From positions 672,001 to 736,000 of the forward strand of contig CAWISW010000003.1 in the NCBI GenBank assembly GCA_963838925.1: DNA of 64,000 nucleotides, read 5' to 3'. The translations under genes and the position numbers were made by a program. This document shows, one piece after another, positions 19,448 through 29,415 of the stretch (position 1 is its first letter; every line of letters begins with the position of its first letter). This stretch comes from an uncultured Nitrososphaerota archaeon. Lineage in GTDB: Archaea > Thermoproteota > Nitrososphaeria > Nitrososphaerales > Gagatemarchaeaceae. The notes under the pieces were generated by a model. It had not been told where the DNA came from. It worked only from the letters and a program-made list of their open reading frames with translations, and ran no database searches.

Positions 19448-19905
19448 GCTCCGACCCCGCCACCACGACCTCCAAGGTCGACGTGGAGTGGGTAGAGGAC
19501 AACCTCTTCCTCGGCAGCGACGAGGAGGGGCACGCCGTCGTCTTCGACTCGTCCCTCTCGGCCTCGCCCTCGAAGAAGGGGGCGCGCACGAGGGGCATCG
19601 GGCCCATGAAAGCGCTCCTGACGTCCCTCGGCGCCTGCTCGGGGATGGACGTCACCGCGATCCTTCACAAGCGGAGACAGAAGCTGGACTCCCTCAGGGT
19701 GGAGGTCACGGGGAAGCGCCCTCAGTACGGCCATCCGAAGCCCTACACAGAGATCCACCTGAAGTTCCTCGTCAGCGGACCCGCGCTCGAGGAGAGGTAC
19801 GTGAAGGAGGCCGTGACCGACAGCGTCACGAAGTTCTGCAGCGTCGCGGCCACAATCGACGGGAAGGCGAACGTGACCTTCTCCTACGAGATAGCCCGGC
19901 CCTAG
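19444..19905 (+). CDS. OsmC family protein
   Basis: PMKALLTSLGACSGMD and KFCSVAATI motifs. Confidence 0.9.
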   Translation: MSSDPATTTSKVDVEWVEDNLFLGSDEEGHAVVFDSSLSASPSKKGARTRGIGPMKALLTSLGACSGMDVTAILHKRRQKLDSLRVEVTGKRPQYGHPKPYTEIHLKFLVSGPALEERYVKEAVTDSVTKFCSVAATIDGKANVTFSYEIARP

Positions 19906-20933
19906 GTCGTCAGCACGATCTTCCCAAAGTGCTCGCTCTTCTCCATCCGGACCTGCGCGTCCTTCGCCCTGCTCAGTGGCATCGCGATGTCCACGACGGG
20001 CCTGAGCCTCCTCTGCTTGAACAGCTCGAGCACCCGGAGCAGCTCTCCGCTGCCTCCCATGTAGCTCCCGAAAATCGTGATCTCCTTGGAGAAGACGTAC
20101 CTGAGGTCCGTGACCGCGTCGAACCCCGTCGTGGCGCCGCACGTGACTATCCTCCCGCCCCTCGCGACAGACTTTACGCTCTCCTCCCACGTCGCCTTCC
20201 CCGGGTGCTCCACCACGACGTCCACGCCCCTCCCCTCGGTGTACTTCCTCGCCTCCTCTGAGACCTTCTTGGTGCTGTGGTTCACCGTGTAGTCGGCTCC
20301 CAGCTCCACCGCCTTCCGCAGCTTGGGCTCGCTCCCCGCGGTCGCCACGACGTTGGCGTTGAACGCCTTCGCTATCTGGATGGCCGCTATCCCGACCCCC
20401 GACCCCGCGCCCAGCACCAGCACCGTCTCCCCGGGCTGGACCCTCGCCTTGGTCGCGAGCATGTGGTATGCGGTCAGGAAGGACAGCGGTACGGATGCGG
20501 CCTGGACGAAGTCCATCCTCTCGGGCTTTGGGAGGACGTTCCTCGCGGGGACCGCCACGAGCTCCGCGTACCCCCCGTCGGCCTCGTTCCCGATGATGGA
20601 GTAGCGGCGGCACTGGTTGTCCATCCCGCTCAGGCACTTCTCGCACCTCCCGCACCCGACCCCCGGGCTGACGATGACCTCCATCCCCTTCCTAAGCTCC
20701 TTCTCATTCGGCGAGACCTCCTCGACCACGCCCGCGATGTCGCACCCCGGGATGTGGGGGAGCCGGGGCTTGGAGTAGGGCGGCCCTATCCTCCCCCAGA
20801 TGTCGAGGTGGTTCAGCGCGCAGGCCTTCACCCTGATCAGGGCCTGGTCGGGGCCGAACAGCACCGGGTCGGGCGCGTCCTCGTATTGCAGGACCTCAGG
20901 CCCCCCGTGCTGGTGGAATCTCACTGCCTTCAT
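19902..20933 (-). CDS. Zinc-binding MDR family alcohol dehydrogenase / quinone oxidoreductase
   Basis: HGGPEVL, CGRCEKC...C structural Zn site, GAGSGVG, HFGKIVL. Confidence 0.92.
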   Translation of the reverse strand: MKAVRFHQHGGPEVLQYEDAPDPVLFGPDQALIRVKACALNHLDIWGRIGPPYSKPRLPHIPGCDIAGVVEEVSPNEKELRKGMEVIVSPGVGCGRCEKCLSGMDNQCRRYSIIGNEADGGYAELVAVPARNVLPKPERMDFVQAASVPLSFLTAYHMLATKARVQPGETVLVLGAGSGVGIAAIQIAKAFNANVVATAGSEPKLRKAVELGADYTVNHSTKKVSEEARKYTEGRGVDVVVEHPGKATWEESVKSVARGGRIVTCGATTGFDAVTDLRYVFSKEITIFGSYMGGSGELLRVLELFKQRRLRPVVDIAMPLSRAKDAQVRMEKSEHFGKIVLTT

Positions 20934-20981
20934 GCGTCATTCCCGCCGGACCGCTCCCTTATACGAGATATCGTCCCGCGC

Positions 20982-21590
20982 TCACTCTGGCGGGCGGATG
21001 CGCGTGAAGAGCAGGCCCAGCCCGAACCCGCCAGCGACGCCGAAGACGTGCGCGTAGTCGTTGACGCCCGGCCCCGAGCTCGCGATCAGGATGAAGACCG
21101 CGTAGACGAGCGCCAGCGCTATGTTGGCGAGGTTGTGGTTCCTCGCCGCGTATGAGCCCACGAGCCCGAAGATCGCCCCCGATGCCCCTCCTGTCTGGAC
21201 GTCGAGCGGGATCAGGAAGAGGGAGACAGCGTTGCCCAGCAGGCCCGCCCCGAAGTAGATCGAGAGGTACTCTGCCCTCGAGTATGAGATCTCGTTCAGC
21301 CTCCCGAAGTAGTAGAGCGCGATCATGTTGAACCCGATGTGGAAGATGTCGAAGTGCACGAACATCGACGTGAATATCTGCCAGTAGTCTCCTCCGAAGA
21401 ACGTGCTCCCCGTCTGGGTCAGCGCCGCGTAGAACGGCTCTCCCCCTATCTGCATCACGACGTAGACGACGACGTTCGCCGCCATCAGCGAGTAGGTGAC
21501 CGCCATCGAGTACTTCTGCCCGTACTGCATCGGGGAAGGGAACATCAACGCTCTTTTCAGCCTCGGATTACTTTCACTCTGCTCCCCCAA
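20982..21590 (-). CDS. Rhomboid intramembrane serine protease
   Basis: FVHFDIFHIGFNM, GASGAIFG and AHVFG motifs. Confidence 0.92.
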   Translation of the reverse strand: MGEQSESNPRLKRALMFPSPMQYGQKYSMAVTYSLMAANVVVYVVMQIGGEPFYAALTQTGSTFFGGDYWQIFTSMFVHFDIFHIGFNMIALYYFGRLNEISYSRAEYLSIYFGAGLLGNAVSLFLIPLDVQTGGASGAIFGLVGSYAARNHNLANIALALVYAVFILIASSGPGVNDYAHVFGVAGGFGLGLLFTRIRPPE

Positions 21591-21630
21591 TCACGGTTAT
21601 ATAGAATCGGGGACAAGATTTTCTTCTGCG

Positions 21631-22788
21631 ATGAGCTTCCATCACTCTCTTTTCAAGAACGAGAGCGTGCTCGTCCCAGAGTACGTCCCCGCGACGATAC
21701 CGCACCGCGGGGTCCAGATGAGGGAGCTGGAGGCCTACTTCCAGGGAGTGGCCGAGCGCCCCGAGAGCTTCAGCCAGAACGTCCTGCTGTACGGGCCTGT
21801 CGGGTCGGGGAAGACTCTACTCGCGAAGAAGCTCGGCCTGGCGCTCGAGAAGAAGGCCGCCACGTACGGCAACCGCGTCAAGTTCCTGCACGTCAACTGC
21901 CGGATCGACAGGTCGCTGGTCGCGATATTCAACAAGGCGCTCCGGAGCCTCGGGCACGTCTACCCGTCGAGGGGGCTCAGCTTCGAGGAGCTGACGCAGG
22001 CGCTCTTCGAGGAGCTGAGGAGGGACAGGGTGCACATGGTGGTGGCCTTCGACGAGGTCGACGCCCTGGTCGAGTCCGACCCTTCCTCGCTCTACACGAT
22101 AACCAGGATCAGGGAGCTGGCGCAGGACGCCCAGGCGTTCTCCTCCCTGCTGATCTCGAAGACGCTGGACTACGTGAAGATGGTCGACCTGAGCACGCTC
22201 AGCTCGCTGCAGTGGAACGCGATATCGCTCGACCCGTACTCCGCAGAGCAGCTCTACGACATCCTCCTCTCCAGAAGCCAGCAGGCCTTCCGCGAAGGGT
22301 GCGTGGATGACGAGCTGCTCCAGATGGTCGCCGAGCTGGCGAGCATCTACGGCGACGCGAGGTACGCCCTCGACCTGCTCCACAGGGCGGGCACGCTGGC
22401 GGAGATGTCCGACTCTGACAAGGTGATGCCGGAGCACGTGAGGCGCGCGAAGGCCTCCCTCCCCCCGCAGTTCAGGAAGGAGGAGCTCGTCTACCTCGAC
22501 AAGCACCAGCGCGTCATGCTAATGGCGATTTCGGGCATGCTCCAGAAGAGCGAGGCCCCGTTCACCACCATCGGCGAGGTGGAGAAGAACTACAACGCCC
22601 TGTGCGAGTCGATGGGGATAGCCCCGAACCACCACACGCAGGTCTGGAACGACGTGAACGAGCTCGCGAGGAAGGGGATCATCGAGACGCAGCTCTCGGG
22701 CAAGGGGTTCAGGGGGAGGACCACGATGATAGGCCTCTCGATGGTCTCGGCCGAGCAGCTGATCGAAGAGCTGCACAAAGAGGCGTGA
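21631..22788 (+). CDS. cdc6: Orc1/Cdc6 replication initiator
   Basis: FKNESVLVPEYVP..IPHR, GPVGSGKT, VNC, FDEVD, GDARYALDLL, C-terminal wHTH with GRTT. Confidence 0.93.
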   Translation: MSFHHSLFKNESVLVPEYVPATIPHRGVQMRELEAYFQGVAERPESFSQNVLLYGPVGSGKTLLAKKLGLALEKKAATYGNRVKFLHVNCRIDRSLVAIFNKALRSLGHVYPSRGLSFEELTQALFEELRRDRVHMVVAFDEVDALVESDPSSLYTITRIRELAQDAQAFSSLLISKTLDYVKMVDLSTLSSLQWNAISLDPYSAEQLYDILLSRSQQAFREGCVDDELLQMVAELASIYGDARYALDLLHRAGTLAEMSDSDKVMPEHVRRAKASLPPQFRKEELVYLDKHQRVMLMAISGMLQKSEAPFTTIGEVEKNYNALCESMGIAPNHHTQVWNDVNELARKGIIETQLSGKGFRGRTTMIGLSMVSAEQLIEELHKEA

Positions 22789-22854
22789 GAGGGACGGGGC
22801 GCGACAACGACAGCGAGAAAGACAGCGCCGCGCCAGCCTAGGCAGGCCCCTCAG

Positions 22855-23154
22855 GTGGAGGAGCTCTTCTCCTCGTACGGGCGGGTGAAGATAATGGGCA
22901 TAATGATGGAGAGCAACGAGCTCAACATCTCGGAGATCACGCGCAGGTCGGGGATATCCCACTCGTCGGTGGAGGTCCACCTGGAGCTCCTCGTGGAGTC
23001 GGGCCTCCTGACTGAGAAGAGGTTCAACAGGATAAGGATCTTCAGGGTCAACCACTCCAACCCGTACACGAACGCGGTGGGGCGCTTCCTATCGGAGTGG
23101 AGGTCGATCTCGTCGGAGTCGTCCAGCCAGGCCGTGGCGAGGGCCTTCAGCTAG
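22855..23154 (+). CDS. Winged-HTH (ArsR-like) protein downstream of cdc6
   Basis: ELNISEITRRSGISHSSVEVHLELLVESGLLTEKRF. Confidence 0.8.
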   Translation: MEELFSSYGRVKIMGIMMESNELNISEITRRSGISHSSVEVHLELLVESGLLTEKRFNRIRIFRVNHSNPYTNAVGRFLSEWRSISSESSSQAVARAFS

Positions 23155-23507
23155 TCCTTCAGGTTCGCGTCGAACGTCTTGGAGTAGAGGCCGAAGACCG
23201 ACTTCTCCGGCGCGTGGTCTGCGCAGAGGCAGTAGGTCGAGACGCTTGTCCTGTCGCAAGACGAGAGATAGGGGCACCCCTCGCAGGCGGGCTTTCCGCA
23301 CACAAAGCACCTGAGGGTGAGCTCGACGTCAATCCCTGCCGAGCGCAGGGTCATGACCGCCCCGGGGATGTCGGTGCTCGCGTCGAACTTGAAGCCCGTC
23401 GACTTTTCGTACACGACTCCCTGCTTCCTGACGAGAGTCGACCAGACCTCGGTCCCAAGGCGAGGGAGGTCGAACCACCCTCCCACGAGAACCTTCTTCT
23501 CCGCCAC
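23151..23507 (-). CDS. Small Cys-rich Zn-finger protein
   Basis: CFVC..C..C...C...CLC..H cluster. Confidence 0.7.
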   Translation of the reverse strand: MAEKKVLVGGWFDLPRLGTEVWSTLVRKQGVVYEKSTGFKFDASTDIPGAVMTLRSAGIDVELTLRCFVCGKPACEGCPYLSSCDRTSVSTYCLCADHAPEKSVFGLYSKTFDANLKD

Positions 23508-24718
23508 TACCTCCCCGCCTCCTTGACGAGGAACCTGTCGTAGGACTCTAGGAGGTCGGGATCGGCGTCCAGGCCCATCGCGTGTTCAAAGTCCTCCCTG
23601 AACTTCTTCCTCGCGCAGAGGGCGAAGACGTAGGGCATGTCCTGGGAGCGCGCGCTCATCCCGCTCGTCCCACCCTTCGAGGCGTACCTAAGCGAGAGCT
23701 CTGTGATCTTCTTCGAGTCGTTCCATATGCGCGAGAGGACGGGGAAGGGGAGGTCGTCCTGCGGCGAGTGCTTCACCGCTCTCCCCTTGACAATCGGGTA
23801 GAGCTCGTCGACGAAGAGCTTGTCCATGTACCGGAGCAGCCTCCACTCGCCGGCCTTCATCATCTTCCCAATGAGGATGTCTGCGCTCGAGACCACCTCG
23901 AGCGCCCTCGCGAGCTCGGGCGCCGGGAGGCCCGACCTGACGATGCTCCTGTGGAACTCCCTCACCTTCTCGAACGGGGACATGGAGATGGCCCTCAGGG
24001 CCGCTGCGGCCTCGTCCTTGTCCGCCGCCCCGAAGAACCCGTTGAATGCCTCGCTCACCGTCCGGTCCTGGTCCTTGTAGTACCCCTTCGTCCCCTCCTT
24101 CATTGTCAGCAGCGGCCTGCTCTGGAGGAGGTTCACGGCGTTCCTCACGTCCCCCGCCGAGTCGGTCACGTACCTGCGGAGCTCCTCGTCGCCGAGCTCC
24201 ACGCCCTCCTTCGCGGCTATCTCCCTGAGGTACATCTCCACCTCCCTGGGCGGAGGGGGCCTGAACCTCACCGCGAGGCACGAGCTCGCGAGCTTCTTGA
24301 TCTCACTAGAGTCGGGGTCGTTCGCGGCCATCACTATCGGGTTCTGGCTTTCCTTGACGGACTCTTTGATGAACTCCACCGCCCCTATGTCGGCCCTCCC
24401 CGCGAGTCCGTCCACCTCGTCGAGGAAGATCAGCGACCTCTCGCCGAACAGACTGACCGTGCTCATCGCCTCCCCCATCTTCTTTTGGAGCTTGTCCTTC
24501 GTCCTGACGTCGCTCGCGTTGAGGTCGATCAGGTTCATGCCGCTCGCCTTTGCGAGCAAGGTGACGAACGTGGTCTTGCCTGTCCCCGGGGGTCCCACAA
24601 GGAGCGCCGCCTTGGTCCCGGGCTTCCACTTCTTGAGCCACAGCGCGAGCGCGAGCCTCGCCTCCTCGTTCCCGATGAGGCGGTCAGGCTTGTCCGGCCG
24701 GTACTTCTCGGACCACAT
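23507..24718 (-). CDS. rfcL: Replication factor C large subunit
   Basis: WSEKYRP, GPPGTGKT, LNASDVRT and LDEVDGL motifs. Confidence 0.92.
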   Translation of the reverse strand: MWSEKYRPDKPDRLIGNEEARLALALWLKKWKPGTKAALLVGPPGTGKTTFVTLLAKASGMNLIDLNASDVRTKDKLQKKMGEAMSTVSLFGERSLIFLDEVDGLAGRADIGAVEFIKESVKESQNPIVMAANDPDSSEIKKLASSCLAVRFRPPPPREVEMYLREIAAKEGVELGDEELRRYVTDSAGDVRNAVNLLQSRPLLTMKEGTKGYYKDQDRTVSEAFNGFFGAADKDEAAAALRAISMSPFEKVREFHRSIVRSGLPAPELARALEVVSSADILIGKMMKAGEWRLLRYMDKLFVDELYPIVKGRAVKHSPQDDLPFPVLSRIWNDSKKITELSLRYASKGGTSGMSARSQDMPYVFALCARKKFREDFEHAMGLDADPDLLESYDRFLVKEAGR

Positions 24719-24722
24719 CCTC

Positions 24723-25568
24723 CTAGAACGCGCCTCCGATGAAGACAACCAGGCCCAAGAGCATCCCCATCAGAGCGGTCTTCTTGACGGACAGCGCCCC
24801 CTTCACGTCCGCGTGGGTCACTATCCTGTAGGCGAGGTAGACGAACGCCGCGTCCGGGAGGACGACCCCGACCTTGTAGAAGACGCTAACTGAGATCAAG
24901 AGAAGCGGGAGTACGCTCGTGACCACCGCAAGCAGGAAGAAGACCGCCCCGAGCGCGGCGGCTGACCTCAGCCCGTGGACGCTGGCGTACGACCTCACGC
25001 CCCTCTTCTGGTCTCCAGGGACGTCCGCCATCGCCTTTACCACCTCCCTCCCGACGCCAGCCAGGAACGAGGTGGAGGCCATGAAGAGGAGGAGCGAGTC
25101 GAGCACCTGCCCGCCCGAGATGACCCCTCCGTAGATGAACGGGATCGCGAGGGACGAAGCGACGACCAGGTTGCCCGCGAGGCCGTACTTCTTGGCCCGG
25201 AAGTCGTAGAGCCATGCGAGGAGGGAGTAGAGGGCCACGATCAGGACGGCGCCGACGTTTACGAGCACGGCGGTCGCGGCGAACCCCACGACCAGCATCA
25301 CGACCGCGATGCCCACCGCCCCGCCCTTCGAGACCTGCCCGCTCGGGAGGGGCCTTGTGGGCTGGTTCACCCTGTCCACCTCGATGTCGTAGTAGTCGTT
25401 GACCACCATGGAGAAGGCGCAGATCGCGAAGCCAGTCACGAACCCCATCGCTATCCCGAGCGGCGAGAGAGACGAGGGCTTCGACACGAAGTAGCCCACG
25501 ATGACCGCGAATCCTATCATCGCGCAGTTGACCGGTCTGATTATCGAGATTGAAGCCTTGAGGTTCAA
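24723..25568 (-). CDS. Digeranylgeranylglyceryl phosphate synthase (UbiA family)
   Basis: IRPVN, NDYYDIEVDRVNQPTRPLPSG and REVVKAMADVPGD motifs. Confidence 0.92.
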   Translation of the reverse strand: MNLKASISIIRPVNCAMIGFAVIVGYFVSKPSSLSPLGIAMGFVTGFAICAFSMVVNDYYDIEVDRVNQPTRPLPSGQVSKGGAVGIAVVMLVVGFAATAVLVNVGAVLIVALYSLLAWLYDFRAKKYGLAGNLVVASSLAIPFIYGGVISGGQVLDSLLLFMASTSFLAGVGREVVKAMADVPGDQKRGVRSYASVHGLRSAAALGAVFFLLAVVTSVLPLLLISVSVFYKVGVVLPDAAFVYLAYRIVTHADVKGALSVKKTALMGMLLGLVVFIGGAF

Positions 25569-25589
25569 GGTCGCTGCGCCAGAGAACCC

Positions 25590-26150
25590 CTACTTGCGGA
25601 ATGTCGCCTTGGTCACCCTGTAGTAGATGACCTCTCCCCTGCGCTCGATGACCGCGACTATCGCCTCCTTCCCCATCCTCACTATCTGCTTGACCGAGTC
25701 CCTGAGGTCCCCCAGGCTCTTCTCGGTCCCCTCGTCGAGCGCGAATATCACGAACTTCGCCGCCTTGGCCGGGAAGTCACCCCTCTCGTAGACCCTGAGG
25801 TCGGTCCCGAAGCCGAACCCGTCCTTGACCACGTACCCCCTGCTCCTGAGGTCCCTATAGATGATGAACTTGGTCCAAGAGTCCTTGACCCTCGCCTGGT
25901 TCGCCTTTGCCAGCTCCTCGAAGGAGACGCCCTTCCCCTTGGCGTCCTTGAGGGCCATCTTCCCAGAGTACAACAGGTAGAGCGCCTCGAAGTCCTTGAG
26001 CCTGATCCCCTTTCCCTGCCGCTCGCCGTACCCGCCCTCCTCCAGCTCGCCGAACCTGTCGCTCTGGTCCACGACGACTGACCCGCTCTTGTCGATGGTG
26101 CCCGCTAAGGGGTTGTTCGGCTGCTGTGAAGGCTGCTCCTGGACCTCCAT
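25590..26150 (-). CDS. endA: tRNA splicing endonuclease subunit (probably the structural subunit of an alpha2beta2 enzyme)
   Basis: FEALYL and YRDLRSRGYVVKDGFGFGTDLRVYERG motifs; catalytic His not evident. Confidence 0.88.
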   Translation of the reverse strand: MEVQEQPSQQPNNPLAGTIDKSGSVVVDQSDRFGELEEGGYGERQGKGIRLKDFEALYLLYSGKMALKDAKGKGVSFEELAKANQARVKDSWTKFIIYRDLRSRGYVVKDGFGFGTDLRVYERGDFPAKAAKFVIFALDEGTEKSLGDLRDSVKQIVRMGKEAIVAVIERRGEVIYYRVTKATFRK

Positions 26151-26194
26151 CTGTGGCCCGCGAACCCGCCGAGTCATAATAAGGGTTTCAAGAG

Positions 26195-26596
26195 TCAGAC
26201 GCGGGCCGACCTAAGTTCCAACACCGATTTGAAGCCCAAGAGCGCGACGAGGCTTCCAAGCACGATGTACAGGACGCTCACGGCTATCGGAAGGCCCCCG
26301 CCCACCTCGAGGTTGGGCTGGGTGCTGATGGCGACCCTGAGCGCGACGCCGAAGATCCCGAGCATCGACGCGCCTGCGTAGCTCCAGGCCTTCCCCATTC
26401 TGCAATATCGGATCAAGACTAGGCTGGCCACGATTATCGGTACGACCAATCCGACCGACAGAATCTGCATCTCGAGGGTGCCCGTTGACACCGTGATCAG
26501 GAGCGCCAGGACAATTGCTGCGACGAAGATCTCCAGCAGAGTCGTAGCCGCCTTCATGCTGACGGTCAGCGCGTTGTCTGCAGCCAACCTGGTCAA
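26195..26596 (-). CDS. Hypothetical four-TM membrane protein
   Basis: Four hydrophobic segments. Confidence 0.65.
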   Translation of the reverse strand: MTRLAADNALTVSMKAATTLLEIFVAAIVLALLITVSTGTLEMQILSVGLVVPIIVASLVLIRYCRMGKAWSYAGASMLGIFGVALRVAISTQPNLEVGGGLPIAVSVLYIVLGSLVALLGFKSVLELRSARV

Positions 26597-26681
26597 CTCC
26601 TTCGTTCAGTTACTTAAGGCGGAGCAGGCAGGTCATCAGCGGACAAAGGCTTTAGAACTCGTCGGGCCTTCACGGCCCTTC

Positions 26682-27725
26682 TTGAAGGAGAGCTTCTTCA
26701 CGCTCCGAACGGTAATGTGGGACGAGGGGAGGGTCAAGATGATCGATCAGACTCTGCTCCCCGGCCGCCTGACCTACCGCTCCTACGACGACTGGGAGGG
26801 AGTGGCCGACGCCATCAGGACGCTCGTGGTGCGGGGCGCTCCAGCGATAGGAGTGGCCGCCGCGATGGGGGTCGCTGTCGCGGCCGTCAACTCCAAGGCC
26901 AAGGACGTCGAACAGCTCAGACTAGAGCTCGCGAAAGCCGCCTCGGGGCTCCGCGCGACCAGGCCCACGGCCGTGAACCTCTTCTGGGGGATAGACAGGG
27001 TGATGGGCGTCGCGGCCCGCTCGAGCAGTGTCGGAGCCGCCAAGCAGGCGCTGGTGAAGGAGGTCATCATGATGGCCGAGGAGGACGTAGAGGCCTGCAA
27101 GAGGCTCGGCAGGTTCGGGGCCGACCTGATCGACGACGGAGACACGGTCATCACCCAGTGCAACGCGGGAGCCCTCGCGACCGTGGGCTACGGGACTGCG
27201 CTCGGCGTCCTGCGCGCCGCGAGCGAGCAGGGCAAGTGCGTCAAGGTGATCGTCCCTGAGACCAGGCCGGCCCTACAGGGGTCGAGGCTGACGGCGTTCG
27301 AGCTCTCCAGGGACGGGTTCAGCTGCACGGTGATCTCGGACACGGCTGTGGGCTCCATGATGCAGTCTGGCAAGGTGGACAAGGCCGTCGTAGGGGCGGA
27401 CAGGATCACGAAGGACGGGTTCGTCTTCAACAAGATAGGGACGTACCAGGTGGCAGTCCTCGCGAAGCGCCACGGGGTACCCTTCTACCCAGCTGCGCCC
27501 ACCTCGAGCTTCGACCTCAAGCGGACGCACGACGAGGTCACCATAGAGGAGCGCCCCGCTCGGGAAGTCTTCGAGATCCGAGGCAGGCGGATTGCACCCA
27601 AGGGAGTCCCCATAGCGAACCCCGCGTTCGACATGACCCCGCCCGAGCTGGTGACCGCCATAGTCTCAGACCAGGGTATCATCGACAGCCCAGTACAGGA
27701 CAACATAAGGGCCGTAATTCGTTAA
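26682..27725 (+). CDS. mtnA: Methylthioribose-1-phosphate isomerase
   Basis: IDQTLLP, VRGAPAIG, RPTAVNL, TQCNAGALATVGYGTALG, ETRPALQGSRLT, NKIGTY and NPAFD motifs. Confidence 0.95.
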   Translation: MKESFFTLRTVMWDEGRVKMIDQTLLPGRLTYRSYDDWEGVADAIRTLVVRGAPAIGVAAAMGVAVAAVNSKAKDVEQLRLELAKAASGLRATRPTAVNLFWGIDRVMGVAARSSSVGAAKQALVKEVIMMAEEDVEACKRLGRFGADLIDDGDTVITQCNAGALATVGYGTALGVLRAASEQGKCVKVIVPETRPALQGSRLTAFELSRDGFSCTVISDTAVGSMMQSGKVDKAVVGADRITKDGFVFNKIGTYQVAVLAKRHGVPFYPAAPTSSFDLKRTHDEVTIEERPAREVFEIRGRRIAPKGVPIANPAFDMTPPELVTAIVSDQGIIDSPVQDNIRAVIR

Positions 27726-27750
27726 TAACCATAGGAACCAACCTCTCATC

Positions 27751-27825
27751 GGGCCCGTCGCCTAGCTCGGACAGGGCACGGGGCTTCGGACCCCGGTGTC
27801 GCGGGTTCAAATCCTGCCGGGCCCG
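27751..27825 (+). tRNA. tRNA-Arg(TCG), intronless, CCA not encoded
   Basis: Acceptor stem GGGCCCG/CGGGCCC, anticodon arm CGGGG-CT TCG GA-CCCCG, T-loop GTTCAAATC. Confidence 0.95.
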
Positions 27826-27935
27826 CTAATTATAAGTCAGTTCTGAGCTTATTCTGTCGGAAAGAGGCAGAATTGCGCCTTTTTTCGAATCAATTGGCGT
27901 TTGCAATGAGACAACCATACTTGGTGACGCGGCTC

Positions 27936-28817
27936 TCAGCCAACCGAACGCAGCAGGATATGGCGGACTGTGTACTCGTTGGTCTTTGAAGGAGAGCCTT
28001 GAGTACTCGTCTCTTGCACCATGTGCTCGTCAAGGGTGGCTTTTCTGAGCCAACGAGTGGCCAAGTCGACATACATGTCTCCCTTGTATTGGTCAACACC
28101 CTCCGTTACGGTGTCTTGATTTCTGGAATCCGGGATGACCATCTTGACCTTGCTATCTCCAGCATCGTATGCGACGAGTGCGCAGGGAACTCCATCGACA
28201 ACACTGACTCCCTTCAATTCAAGGCTTACCTCGCCATTCTGAAAAGTAGATCCGGGTTTGATCTCGGTACCGAATTTGACCGAAGCCTGGATGAAAGACG
28301 CGGGATGGATTATCCTTTGACCTATCTCCTTGAGATCCTGGATTCCTTTGCCAAACTTCATCGGTCGTAAGTATACGTCGTTGAAGCTATGGAAGTCGAT
28401 GAAATTGACATATGAGGCATAGCGGGTGCCGAAGGGTAACGCCTTCTCCTGATCGTCTGTTAGATTGATGAATTTCTCTTGCGAGATGCCCCAGAGTGGC
28501 CCGCGTTCGTCTCCGGACAATGTCGGATTGAATGTGTAGGTCCAGTTTCTGAGTTGAGGGATGGTAACGGACGGACCGTCATTGGTCTGTAGCTGAAGTT
28601 CCGAAACCGTATACTGGTCAACGTTTCCCGCCGGCGATGTCTTCGGGTCGTAATGGAGGTTTAGGACATAGGATTCTGTGCCGACTCTCCTTCCGTTCAG
28701 CTGGAAATGGATGTACTTTGTCTCCATGCGGAAATTCTGGACTCCCCTCTTTCTGTCGGAGGATAGGTCAAAGGAACCCTTGAGGTCTACTGTCGCCCAA
28801 GTCTCTGTGGTAGTCAT
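27936..28817 (-). CDS. Hypothetical protein (293 aa, beta-rich), island cargo
   Basis: Long ORF in lower-GC DNA. Confidence 0.75.
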   Translation of the reverse strand: MTTTETWATVDLKGSFDLSSDRKRGVQNFRMETKYIHFQLNGRRVGTESYVLNLHYDPKTSPAGNVDQYTVSELQLQTNDGPSVTIPQLRNWTYTFNPTLSGDERGPLWGISQEKFINLTDDQEKALPFGTRYASYVNFIDFHSFNDVYLRPMKFGKGIQDLKEIGQRIIHPASFIQASVKFGTEIKPGSTFQNGEVSLELKGVSVVDGVPCALVAYDAGDSKVKMVIPDSRNQDTVTEGVDQYKGDMYVDLATRWLRKATLDEHMVQETSTQGSPSKTNEYTVRHILLRSVG

Positions 28818-28995
28818 TGTGTCGATGATACTATTTTACACCGATACCTGATAATAAGAACTGAAGACGATTCTCAGTCTTGAGAACCGTTGACTTGGGA
28901 AGGCGTCAATAATCGACGGCGCTCGTGGCACATTAGAACGGGGTGCTACTTGTCCGACCGCCTCGTTCCAATTCGGGTGAGCTATCCTTCCTGCC

Positions 28996-29050
28996 GGAAT
29001 CCACTTTCAGAACCCGTTCAGGGGCGGGCTCTACCGGGCCCGCAACCAAT
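28996..29050 (+). repeat. 55-bp att-like repeat, copy 1
   Basis: ggaatccactttcagaacccgttcaggggcgggctctaccgggcccgcaaccaat; 47/55 identical to copy 2. Confidence 0.85.
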
Positions 29051-29415
29051 GCCTCTCCCGTGTCGAATTCGAACTTCTTGAGCATGGTAGCGGAAATTGA
29101 ACATGATTCATATTCATGTCCTATCGGGCGTTTGTGAGTTGGAACCCGAGAAGCCCGCCGAAGAAATCCATTACGGAGACCGACTGATTGGCGCTATCAA
29201 ATCCATTGAGTGCGATCGGATTGGAGTCATCCTCAGACACTCCGTCAGGGATCAAGGTCGAATAGGCGAGATTGCCAATCCGAATATGGTCGCAGGGCTG
29301 ACCACTCACGGGCACGACGAATCGAAAAGGTTCGGCCGGTCGCTCCCCAGAAGGTTTCAACCTCGTTGTAAGCTATAGTCCGGTCCCTCGCTGCGTAGAG
29401 ACTGCAACAGGCATC

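Noticed and set aside
21590-21631. Replication origin next to cdc6
   Set aside because: Only ~40 bp of intergenic sequence; no ORB repeats or AT-rich unwinding element seen
27751-27825. Intron in tRNA-Arg
   Set aside because: The cloverleaf is complete at 75 nt with no insert
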